Below, one piece after another: positions 1 through 12,100 of a stretch of 64,000 nt of DNA (positions are counted from its first letter, which is position 1; every line of letters starts with the position of its first letter). Under the pieces are notes generated by a model, which was not told the DNA's origin, searched no databases, and was given only the letters and a program-made list of their open reading frames with translations. Source of the stretch: Podarcis erhardii (lineage: Eukaryota). The position numbers were made by a program, and so were the translations under genes. The DNA is taken from assembly GCA_964252035.1 (NCBI GenBank), contig OZ176204.1; one strand, 5' to 3'.

Positions 1-271
1 CAAAGGCTTTCTTCACTCAGGAGCAGTTCAAAGGACAGAAGTCAAGACACTGGGTATTTTGTGAAACGATTAAAAAATAGTTATTATTGGCATCCTTGAA
101 GTGAAGACCCTCCCCTTAGATATGAGTGCCTTGGCACATTTCAAGTGCCTTTTCTTCAGTCATGCATAACAGCAACTCAGAACCACCCTAGTAATGTCAG
201 GATCACACCACCACTGAACCAGACACACAGTTTACAATCTATGCACAACATTACAGATGTTCAGTTTAGTA

Positions 272-501
272 CAGTGGACGCTCGGGTTGCAAACGTGATC
301 TGTGCGGGAGGCACATTTGCAACCCGCAGCAATTGCAACCTGCAGCGCCGTGTCTGCGCACGCGTGGGTCGCAATTCAACGCTTCTGTGCATGCACAACT
401 GCCGAAACCCGGAAGTAACCCATTCCTGTACTTCCGGGTTCGGCGCAGTGCACAACCCGAAAACACGCAACCTGAAGCATCTGTAACCCGAGGTATGACT
501 G
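272..501. mobile_element. Tc1/mariner (Tigger-like) MITE
   Basis: Imperfect TIRs CAGTGGACGCTCGGGTT / AACCCGAGGTATGACTG, TA on the left flank. Confidence 0.8.
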
Positions 502-2139
502 CACTTTTACTTTAAAAATATAAATGATGTTTTCTCACAAGTAAAAGCGCTTAGGACCAGGGCAGCAGAAGGAAACACAATGCTATTCCTGTAGTCATGA
601 TGGTGTCATGAGTTAAGTACATTTAAAATGAGAAACTGCACATACTCAAGAGGATTTCTTTGTTATTTATCAGAGTCAGTAGGGTTTCGGCTCTAATAGA
701 TCAAGAATGTAAGTGCACAGGGGTGAAGAGGGAGTGCACCTGCCTTCCCGGCTATGTGCGTTTTATTTTCTCTGTTGATTCTCTTCCTCCTCTTTTCCTG
801 GGGAGGCCATGGAATTCTTGGTTGCAATACTTTGCAGTTTGGAAAAACTTAACTCTTGCCTAACTCCAACTCAGTCCCACATGAGTCATGTGTAATCCAT
901 GAGGAAAGGTAGAAAAGTATTTTTAAAAGAAGAAGAAAAGGCTAATATGGACTGGTATCTTGTAACATAAACCCCAGCAGAGCATAATGCCCCCAGCTCT
1001 GCATCACAAGAACACTTAAAATGGAGGGAGAGATGAGAACATTCCTCACAAATTTAAACTTAGGAAAGGAAGGGGAGAACAAAAAAAACAACCCCTAATC
1101 TGTGGAAAGTGTGCTTCCTGAATGTATATTCCAAACATGGCACTGCTATCTGCAGCAAGAGATTAACAATATGCAGCTGAACCTGTTCATTTATTTGGTG
1201 TATAATCATTTTAAAAAAACAACCTTTTCATCTCCCAGGGCAGAATTAATAAACAGAATAGCTTTGCCCCCAGGCCTCTGCACTTTCAGATCTTTTCTTT
1301 TACACAATCTTTACGACTGTTCAATGTACTGAAGGCCTTTGACCTTTCTACATAGTTACCTTGATTAGATGAGGAGATAGCTTTGAAGACACTAAGATAA
1401 ACAGAGCTTTGTTTCACCTAAAAGGGCTATTTGGTCCTGCACCATAATTTCCCATTACCACTTTGGGTGCAAGGGCCTGCCACAGCAAGGAGATTGTATC
1501 AGTGAGGTCTCTAATACCCCCAAGGCCTAAGCTTTCTACAAGAACAGTCACACCTTGTTCTGCATCTTCCTTTACTTATTGCAAAACACAGTTATTCTTT
1601 TGGAACGACTTTACCCAGTTCTCTGGTGAATCTTGGTTGTCCTTCAATTCCACAGCTATGAATGTTAGTTAGGCTCTTGTACAGTTCTCAGCACACAATC
1701 ATCCCATTCCTGACTTTAGAAATTCCTCTAAAAGAGAAAAGGCACTGCAAGGTTTCTGAAGTGATCTCCACAGGATATGGTATGAAGGGACAGATGGCTA
1801 CTACCTTGCCCAAGCTAACCAACTTTGGGTCCGGTCACCACTGTGTTTTTTGTGATGGTCATGGATTTTTAGGACTAGAAGTGGAACTTCAAGCACATTG
1901 CATTTTGTGCAGCTACAGAGTTACCCAGAACAGGGGCTCAGCCTCTCACCCCCAGTTCTCACCAGAAGCATCACGCCACCTGGTGGTGCTTGCATTGCAG
2001 TAACTGCAGTGATTAAAAGATATCACTATGGCTATTATTTAGCCATCTTAAATCGACTCAGCATTTTTCTGAGCTAGCATATTAACATTTTAAAACTGGC
2101 AACATGGGTTATTTTTTTAAAAGGACATGAGCTTAAATA

Positions 2140-2380
2140 CAGTGGTACCTCTAGTTATGAACTTAATTCGTTCCAGAGGTCTGTTCTTAACCTGAAACTG
2201 TTCTTAACTAGAGGCATGCTTTTGCTAATGGGGCCTCTTGCTGCCACTGCGCTGCCGGCACACCATTTCCGTTCTCATCCTGGGGCAAAGTTCTCAACTC
2301 AAGGTAACTCTTCCAGGTTAGTGGAGTTTGTAACCTGAAGCGTTTGTAACCTGAGTCATTGGTAACTTGAGGTACCACTG
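2140..2380. mobile_element. Tigger-like MITE, family A
   Basis: TIR CAGTGGTACCTC...GAGGTACCACTG, TA TSD; homologous to 8109 and 36050. Confidence 0.92.
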
Positions 2381-3435
2381 TAATGTTAAAGCTTTACTCA
2401 GTTACATGCAGTGTACATATTGTTATCATAAAAATTTTAAACAGATTTCATAGATGTAGGCAGTTTTAATTCTATCAAGGTCTAATTATATTTTAATGAG
2501 TATTTTAATGATTTATTCTTCTTTTTTAGCAGTTCCTACTTTTTATCTGTAAGCTGCCTTGAGTCCCAACAATGAAAAAGGCAAGGTATAAATAAATATA
2601 TTATAATAGTAGTAATTATAATAAGATTCCAAACAATAAAAGTAACCAAACTGTCACAAATAAGGTTAAACAAAAAAGCAATTAGTTTTACTTCATATTA
2701 AAACTGTATCAGTTTAACAAACGTGCTTTGTTCTGGTTACCAAACCATAGTAAGGAGGTTCCATTCCCTCCTTTCCCCAATACACACCCTGCCAAATCTG
2801 GATTATTCTTATTGCTTGTAGGCAGGAGTGGGGAGCACAACATGAAACCAGGCTAAGGCTGCAAAGCCTACACCAGCTTATATGGGAGTCATGCATACAT
2901 ACAGACATGTATACAATTGTGGGATACTTAATTTTCTAAAACCTAACTGCCTATATGCACACATCTTCAACATTTCCCTCACTAGAATATCACGATTTAT
3001 GAGATTCTGAAAGAAATCATGATCTAAAATTGACTGCCATTCTGATTACTATGCCTTAAACCAATTCTGATATCACACTAGAAAGCTTAAGTATGGTACC
3101 ATGAGGTGTTAAAATTGTCAAACTATGGGTTTTGAACTAGTTATGGCCATGGTTCCACCTTCAGAAGCCACTGCAGTCAAGGACTGGAGGACTGGCTGTA
3201 CAGAAGCAGCTTGCCTGTATAATTTTTAAAGTTCAAATCATGTCCTGGGTTCTGCATTATGGTTAGCGCTGCAAACCACAGTCTGGGTGGGGTTTGAAAT
3301 GAGACCTTCCACAAAACAAGCTGAACAGACTTTGTTACAGCAGGCGTGGGTAACCTCCTGCCTGCAGACCAAGCCACAGCCACCTGCCCTATACCTGCCG
3401 TATATGGCGTCAGGCATGGGACAGGGAAAAATCTA

Positions 3436-3970
3436 TTTATTTTTTTAAAAAAAATAATTTTTATTAATTTTACAACATAAACAAAAAACAGACAAACATA
3501 ACACGACTTCCCCAAACCTCCCCTTCACTGCATCCTTATTTTAAAATTTTTTAGCAATCCTTCATCCCTTTTTATATTTAATTCTCTTTAAAGCTTTTTT
3601 TTAAATTTCAATTTTTACAGCTGTAATTCTTTATATCCAATCCCTTGACATCTTAACATTCCGAAATTTTACAACAATTTTTAAGATAGATTTTGAATTT
3701 TTTCCAGTCTTCTTCCACTGTCTCTCTCCTCTGGTCACGGATTCTGCCGGTCATCTCTGCCAGTCCCATAAATTCAGTCACCTTGGTCTGCCATTCTTCC
3801 AGAGTAGGTAATTCTTTAGTCTTCCAATACTTCGCCAAAAGAATTCTTGCTGCTGTTGTTGCGTACATAAAGAATGTTCTATCTTTCTTTGGAACCATTT
3901 GGCCTACCATGCCCAAGAGAAAAGCCTCTGGTTTCTTTACAAATGTCCACTTAAGGATTTTCTTAATTTC
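3436..3970 (-). mobile_element. 5'-truncated L1-clade LINE (ORF2 C-terminus + 3'UTR + A-rich tail)
   Basis: ORF2-like ...AARILLAKYWK..LPTLEEWQTK..; 17-bp TSD GGACAGGGAAAAATCTA at 3419-3435 and 3971-3987. Confidence 0.9.
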
Positions 3971-6481
3971 GGACAGGGAAAAATCTAGTTCCAAAAGGAG
4001 GTTTGCAAACACCACCAATCAGTTGACCCACAGTGCCTGCAAACCCCTATGCAAAGTACTGAGCAAGATTGCCCTTTGAAAGGGACATTAAAGTCATAAG
4101 ATTCCTGAGGGGAAAGTGATTGGCCGATGGGTGGCTCCAGCCACCTGTCAAACGTGGCCCATGAGGGTGGGGGAGAAAACAATCTCAACCCCCACCTGCC
4201 CAATCAGATCCTGTTCTCCACCTCTGTGTCAGAGATCGCAAAAGGAGGATAATTTGATTCATGCCTAGCCTTAACATGCCATATCCGGATTATAGATAAG
4301 TGTTTGTTTCATTCTATTATATTGTTTTTCACTTTAAACATACACGTATTTATAGAGATTTACATGTTCTGCCTTAGGATTCAACAGACAGCAGTACCCA
4401 CCTCTCAGTTTAAGATTATGAAATTACTTGTTTTTATGCTTCCAGAAAGCTTTATGCTTAGGTGTTGGCAACTGGATATCAAAGGGCTCTAAACTAGAGA
4501 GGAAATGAATCTATAGATTTAGGAAAGCCCTACCCACTGCTAAATTGCTGCAGTTCATGGAGTCACCTGGGAATAAGAAAGCCATTGGAGGTAGTAATCA
4601 GGGCAATGGACTGAAATTCTATGCTGGAAGGAGCACTGTCTATAAATCAGAGTAATGATTTTGCAATAAAAAAAAAAGGTGAACCTGGATAAGAAATAAA
4701 GACATCAGCAAATATTCTGCTAATCTTGAAGCACATTTAAAACCATGTTTTTGTAAGCAACACTAGAGGGGTTGTTTTTTTTAATAGACAAGCATTAAAG
4801 TCATAAGCAACAAATACGCTCTCAATGCAATTAGATTTCCTTAACTTAATGGAACAATTTAGCAGCCCACGAGGCTCTGGGGGGAAAAAGAGTATGACCA
4901 GCAACAGTGTGGTTGAAATGAAAAGATTCTCACAGCTTACATAAAAAACAGGAAAATCCCCCACACCCTCCAACAGAAGATTTGCAATGTTGGAGGCATG
5001 ACACAAATACATGCAATTCTAATGTCTCTCCAGACTGACCAGGAATAATCTACTATTTTATCAAATCATACTAACTGCTTTATACAGCACCACATACATA
5101 TAAATTCTCTCAGCTGTAATACAAAGCCAAGACAACCCCTAGGAGAAAAATTAAGCCTTATGCAAGCCTATTTTCCCCAGGAGGGACTTCCAAATGACTT
5201 TATCTGAAACAGACTACTCCAGTTGACCCTCATCTAATAGCAGCAAAACAATAACCTTTTCTTTCTCTGAGGATATTTCCACTGACCTAAGTTTGCTTTT
5301 AGATTTGGAAATGCTATTAGCATTGTTTCTGTGTTTCTGACTGAAGTATGCACTAACATCCCAAAGGGACTACAGAAATATGAAACCACCTGATACATCT
5401 TGTTTCCACATCCAGAAATTATGGATTTCAGCATCTATTAGCTAACTGTGAGATCAAATCCTGCAGACTAGGCAAAATGATAGAAGCCATAATAAAAATA
5501 CTGTGCCTCATGCAAACTGGAGAAAATAACAAGTAATTGGAAAGCATCAGAAACGCATGCACACTATCCCCTCAAGGAACTGTGTGCTACGTAACATACC
5601 AGGTCATCCACTAATCACATGGCCATCAATTCTATCAAGGGTGTTAATAGTCTAACAGGATACCCAGTTAGCTGCCAAATCATACACATTATGGGGTCTG
5701 GAAACCTAAACTAGAAACTCCCACTTTTTTAAGACTTGCAAACTTTAACTTGCAAACACCACAGTTGTTCCCATACTAAAAATATGTACTTTATAGAACA
5801 GCTTTCCTTGTACTTATAAGCAAAGAACTGTAGGATTATTTCTAAACACATACACAAAGTACACTGGAAACACAGAGATACTACTAAAATGGATACAGTA
5901 CAAAACTTTTCATCTGGATGTAAGCAGGACACAATTTTTCAACATGCTCTACCTCACATTCTAGCGCACCAGGACAAGAGTTGATAATTCCACTCACTAT
6001 CCTCACCTGGTGAGTGCAACAACTACCAGCTTTCCTCCCAACCTTGTAACTAGAATGCAACTGTGCCAACAATCCCTACCTACCTCTCTTACTACAAGGT
6101 TGAGAGAAAGGCTGCTGCTTATTTCGTTGTTGTATTTCTGAGGCACCTCAGGAGAAAAAGTCCCAGAACTCCACTCCAGCTTGAAACCCATGAGAGAGAG
6201 ATGGGGACTGTCCTGCAGCTATACTGTTTCCCAGGAAGAAAGAAGTTGGAGAAAACCAATGGGGCTCCTTTTCACAATGCACTTTCAAGGCACTTGGAGC
6301 ATAGTGGAAATGCAGCACAATTGCAGAAACAATCTGCCACCCTAAGAGAGTGGAATTGTTCCTGGTCGTGCATGATGCTTTCAAGGACAGGAATCTTCCC
6401 CTTGGAAAAGGGACAGAGTCCTGGCAACCACCATTTTTTAATTGACAACTAACGCCAAACAAACTTTGTAAACCCCTACGG

Positions 6482-6641
6482 CAAGGGTGCCCAAACTTTT
6501 TTTCTAAGAGGGCCAGATTTGATGAACTGAACATGCGTGAGGGCCGACCAAAGTTGTAAAATTGTTGAGCTTTTTTTGGGATTTTACCCCAGGAAATAAA
6601 CTGCCACAGGGACTGGATTAAATTGACCGTTGAGCCGGATT
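6482..6641. mobile_element. hAT/Charlie-like MITE fragment
   Basis: Starts CAAGGGTGCCCAAACTTTTTT..GAGGGCCAGATT, a Charlie-type end; second TIR absent. Confidence 0.6.
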
Positions 6642-8481
6642 TAATATCACGAGATAGGCTTTGGGAAAAACTAAGCACCTCAAACATAGACAGACATCTA
6701 CTGTGTCTCATCCGCAGTTTATACGAAAACACTCAGGTCCGGGTTAGGTGTGACTGACAGGGCCATTTATCCAAGGAAATCCAAACCTACTGTGGAGTTA
6801 AACAAGGCTGTGTCCATGCACCTACTTTATTCAACTTCTATATTAACTCCTTAGTAGGAAACATGGAGAAGAAAATGCCCACCCCCCTAAATTGGCTGGT
6901 ACACCCCTCCCGGTTCTCTCATATGTGGATGATGCATTTCTAATTTTCTTCTCCTGTGTAGGCCTAAGAAAACTTATAAGATCTCCCACTGTTTATTGTA
7001 ATGCCATACAATTAACAATTAACTATAGCAAATCGAAAGTTATTGTGTTCTCTAAAAAAAGAATGAGATACAAATGGAGAATTGACAATCGACCTATTGA
7101 ACAGGTATCATCTTTTAAATACCTGGGTTTAACCTTCCAGGAAAAGGGCCCGTGGCATTATCAGGTTAAAAATACTATTGTAAATGCCCAAAGATCTACC
7201 AAAGCTATTATAACATTTTTCTATGGAAAAGGGGACCAATATATTCCGGCAGCCTCCCAGGTCTTTGCTGCAAAAATATTAACACAACTGACATATGGCT
7301 CTCAGATCTGCAGCTTCTTAAACCTTGTTGCTCCCTTAAGAATCATTCCAAACTAAGTTGTATCACTGCCTGGCTAGGGATCCCTTCTTGTGTGTCTAAC
7401 ATAGCTGTCCACCTGGAAGTCGGGCAAATCACTGTTGGCACTCATATATGGAATCTGAAGATCCATTACTGTTTAAAATGTATCTTTTTCCCTGTTGGGT
7501 TGGCACCTTTAACCCTACTGGATTCCTACCAATCCAAATGGAAAGCTACACTGCATGAAAAGCTAAGAGGCTTGGGGTTTTCCCCACAGGCCCTGATAGC
7601 AGTAGGTTATGAGAAAGCTAGAGCAATAATCCGCCAACAATTTGGGATGTGGAAGTGCAATGCCACGTGAGCGAGACCCAGCAATAAAAGATAATGGGAG
7701 AGGATTTACCCCAGCAAATTATTTGTCAAAATTACAAACACCTAAATACAGACAGTCATTTACCCTCGCAAGATTCAACGTGCTGCCATCTGCCTTATTG
7801 CAGGACAGATTCGAGGGTAAACCATACGCGGAATGAGTCGGCCCCTGTGGCTTGATGGAGGTAGAAACTGTCTCTCATGCCTTCTTACAGTGCCATTTCT
7901 ACGGGGATATACGCTCAGTATTTATTACCCCTGCTATGCAAAAATCTCCGAATGATTCCAAACTTCAATGTCTAAAATCCCTGGCAGAGGAAAAGGATCC
8001 CGATATCACATTAAGGGTAGCCAAATTCTGTACAATTGCCATAAAACTTAGGTATCAAGCCTTAAATGACAATTTTAGGTTATATGTTAATAACTAAGTT
8101 TTAATTTACAGTGGTACCTCGGGTTACATACGCTTCAGGTTACAGACTCTGCTAGCCCAGAAATAGTGCTTCAGGTTAAGAACTTTGCTTCAGGATGAGA
8201 ACAGAAATTGTGCTCCGGCGGCGCAGCAGCAGCAGGAGGCCCCATTAGCTAAAGTGGTGCTTCAGGTTAAGAACAGTTTCAGGTTAAGTACGGACCTCCA
8301 GAACGAATTAAGTACTTAACCCGAGGTACCACTGTATATATTTTTAAACTGTTGCTATATCTGTATTGTCCCTGTTATACCTAATTGCAAATTCAAATGT
8401 ATTCCTATTGTCTTTTATGACTTCCTTGATATTGTATGTGGGCTGGAACTGGTCTGTGACCAAAATAATAAAATTCATTCA
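6642..8481 (+). mobile_element. Degenerate RTE-X-like non-LTR retrotransposon (RT + C-terminus + 3'UTR)
   Basis: RT motifs ISRDRLWEKL, GVKQGCVHAPTLFNFYIN, YVDD, FKYLG; C-terminal PCG..ETVSHAFLQC; tail AATAATAAAATTCATTCA; several frameshifts/stops. Clade assignment is from memory. Confidence 0.8.
8109..8334. mobile_element. Tigger-like MITE, family A (226 bp), nested in the RTE-X 3'UTR
   Basis: TIR CAGTGGTACCTCGGGTT, TA TSD. Confidence 0.95.
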
Positions 8482-8539
8482 GACTTTGGACATGCGTGCC
8501 CTAGGGGTAAGGTACACGTTTTCCACATGAATTACTCAC

Positions 8540-8626
8540 CTCATATTTTCTGTAGTTTACTAATAAGGCAAGCAGGACAACAGCTTCATAACCATGTTCC
8601 CTGCGACTGGGGAGACTGGAGAGGAT
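8540..8626 (-). CDS. ARMH3: ARMH3 exon 8 (ILSSLPSR...NYRKYE)
   Basis: 87 nt, TAG/GTGAGT. Confidence 0.96.
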
Positions 8627-9078
8627 CTAAAATCAAGAAAAGGAATAACTTAGATTAACTACGGTTCTATGCTGCAAAGAACAAAGTGATTCTAGACACC
8701 TGAACTAAAAAGATGTAGATAAACAACAGGCAAACAGACCCAAAGTCTGTTTCCAAAATGAACCCATACAACTTTAAAAAGGCCTTGACAATCCCCATTT
8801 GTATAGAGCAAATTCAAACGAAAATTTTACCTTGAAGAGAATCAGCACAGGGAATGAATAGCTGGGTACAGACTTAAGCTGACTGCACTAAAAAAAATTA
8901 CTTGTCATAGCTTATTAGAGAATTAGGTTCACAGTGCCAGATTTATAAAAGATCTGAATGAAATCTTCTAATATGTATACACTGACCGAAACAAAAACAG
9001 AAAGACTAAAGCAAGAGAGACATTAACATGCTACTTGGCATTCATCTTAAGTTTTCATTTAAGCAACATCACAGGAAC

Positions 9079-9135
<57 letters not shown>

Positions 9136-12100
9136 TTATTATTTGTACCCCGCCCATCTGGCTGGGTTTCCCCAGCCACTCTGGGCGGCTTCCAACAGAG
9201 ATAAAAAATACACTAAAATGTCACATATTAAAAACTTCCCTGAACAGGGCGGCCTTCAGATGTCTTCTGAATGTCAGGTAGTTGTCCATCGCCTTGACAT
9301 CCGATGGGAGGGCATTCCACAGGGCGGGCGCCACCACCGAGAAGGCCCTCTGCTGGTTCCCTGCAACTTGGCCTCTCGCAGTGAGGGAACCGCCAGAAGG
9401 CCCTCTGAGCTGGACCTCAGTGTCCGGGCAGAACGATGGGAGAGGAGACGCTCCTTCAGATATACTGGACCGAGGCCATTTAGGGCTTTAAAGGTCAGCA
9501 CCAACACTTTGAATTGTGCTCGGAAACGTACTGGGAGCCAATGTAGGTCTTTCAAGACCGGTGTTATATGGTCTCGGCGGCCGCTCCCAGTCACCAGTCT
9601 AGCTGCCGCATTCTGTATTAGTTGTAGTTTCCGGGTCACCTTCAAAGGTAGCCCCACGTAGAGCGCATTGCAGTAGTCCAAGCGGGAGATAACCAGAGCA
9701 TGTACCACTCTGGCGAGACAGTCCGCAGGCAGATAGGGTCTCAGCCTACGTACCAGATGGAGCTGGTAAACAGCTGCCCTGGATACAGATTTGACCTGTG
9801 CCTCCATGGACAGCTGTGAGTCCAAAATGACTCCCAGGCTGCGCACCTGGTCCTTCAGGGGCACAGTTACCCCATTCAGGACCAGGGAATCCTCCACACC
9901 TGCCCGCCTCCTGTCCCCCAAAAACAGTACTTCTGTCTTGTCAGGATTCAACCTCAATCTGTTAGCCGCCATCCATCCTCCAACCGCTTCCAGACACTCA
10001 CACAGGACCTTTACCGCCTTCACTGGTTCTGATTTAAAAGAGAGGTAGAGCTGGGTATCATCTGCATACTGATGAACACCCAGCCCAAACCTCCTGATGA
10101 TCCCTCCCAGCGGCTGCATGTAGATGTTGAAAAGCATGGGGGAGAGGACAGAACCCTGAGGCACCCCACAAGTGAGCGGCCAGGGGTCTGAACACTCATC
10201 CCCCCCCCCCCACTTTCTGAACACGGCCCAGGAGGAAGGAGCGGAACCACTGTATGACAGTGCCCCCAGCTCCCAGCCCCTGAAGACGGTCCAGAAGGAT
10301 GTCATGGTCGATGGTATCAAACGCCGCTGAGAGATCCAGCAGAACTAGGAAACAGCTCTCACCTTTGTCCCTAGCCCGCCGGAGATCATCAACCAGTGCG
10401 ACCAAGGCAGTTTCAGTCCCATGATGAGGCCTGAATCCCGACTGGAAGGGATCCAAATGGTCCGCTTCTTCCAGGCGTGCCTGGAGTTGTTCAGCAACCA
10501 CTCGCTCAATCACCTTGCCCAAGAATGGGAGGTTTGAGACTGGGCGATAATTGGCCATTGTGGCCGCATCTAAAGATGGTTTTTTAAGAAGCGGTTTAAT
10601 AACCGCCTCTTTCAGCGGGTCTGGGAAGGCTCCCTCACGGAGGGAAGCATTCACCACCCCACGAAGCGCATCGCCCAGTCCTTCCCGGCTAGCTTTTATA
10701 AGCCAGGATGGGCAAGGATCCAGGAGACAGGTGGTTGGCTTCACTCGTCCAAGCAGCCTGTCCACATCCTCGGAGGTAACAGATTGAAATTGATCCCACA
10801 CAACTTGACTGCACTATTTATAGCTATGAAGAATGGAAAATTTAACTGCCCAGAGATTTGTGTGTTTTTTTAGGGGGGGAGGAACTTACCTGTAAGATAG
10901 CTTCAAAGATGCTGTTAATCATCACATACTCCAGAATTGTGTTTTGACTGATGTTATCTGTCACCTGAATTGAGAATCAAAGGGTGGTGGTTGTTTTAAA
11001 GAAGTTTCTGGAAGTGACAACAAACTTAAAACATGCTCTTATCTACTACTACCCTTGCAAAATTACTTAACTGCACCCACCACTCCACAGTATTTTTGTT
11101 GTCTCCTGTTTCAAGAAGCAGTGCTCTCAATTACTGAAACTCTCCTATATTCTGTGTAATGAAGCCCATTCTTTGTGGGTTCTAGGCATATGTACTAGGG
11201 CTACAGTGAAGTTACTGATTTTGGTATCCACTTTAATGATTTTACTCAGTACAATATTAATGCTATCTTATCACTTATATAATTTCCCCTGAACCATTTT
11301 GTTCTGGGCTATCTTCTATCCTTATGGGTGCTTTCTAAATATTGCTAGTAATAAAATCAGTATTTTCAACACCAGAAGATTCATCACAATGCTTCTTGCT
11401 ACATTCCTACCATTGAGCTCTGGATAGAGGGAAGCTGAAAATCTGTGTTAGAAAATATGGCTTAGGCTAGAGACTCTTGAAACTTAACACTTTACTTGGC
11501 AGAGCTTTAGGGATTTGCTTGAGGTACAGAAGCTCACATACTTCCATTAATTATGGGTTGGCCTACCTCTCACCCTGCCCTCAGGGTGATTTTCCTTGTT
11601 TATTATTAGCTATTGGGAAAAGTTGTAGGATAGGATAGACAAGACAGACATTTGTAAAGAAAAAAAAAACAATACAAACTTGCAACAAAAGAAACCAATT
11701 CCTCACAGGTAGACATCAGCAACAAATACAAAACTCTCTGTAAATTAGTAAATCTTCCCTAAAATAATTAAGGGTATCATCAAACTTCCCTCCATGAGAT
11801 GCATACGCTGAACAATCTTAAAACAGGGTCTACACATAAGAGTACATTCCTGCCTGTGACAGGAAAAGAGGTTTCACATTAAATGTACTAACACAATACT
11901 TATATCCAATACTGTAATTTAGACAGCAGCCATCTCTATAACAGGAATACTGATCAACTGGAATTGAAAGTTCCTCTGCCTTAGAAATTAAGAATTCCTT
12001 GCTAATTCACAAATAACAATTTCCAAGTTTTGAAAGTGCATGCTTTTTATAGTTGACTCTCTATTGTCTATTACTTACAGTCACCAAACAGAGTAATAGC

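Noticed and set aside
1250-2050. Cys-rich fragment (CFAISKGRCRTRCDCSCRK) suggesting an old TE or retroviral relic
   Set aside because: Too fragmentary and stop-ridden to assign by eye
1-8539. Expected ARMH3 exon 9 (SVNPYIVKLSIVDDEATLN)
   Set aside because: Not found on manual scan; presumed to lie left of the window
9035-9661. 208-aa ORF with a poly-Ile run
   Set aside because: Translation of the (AAT)n microsatellite plus antisense L2
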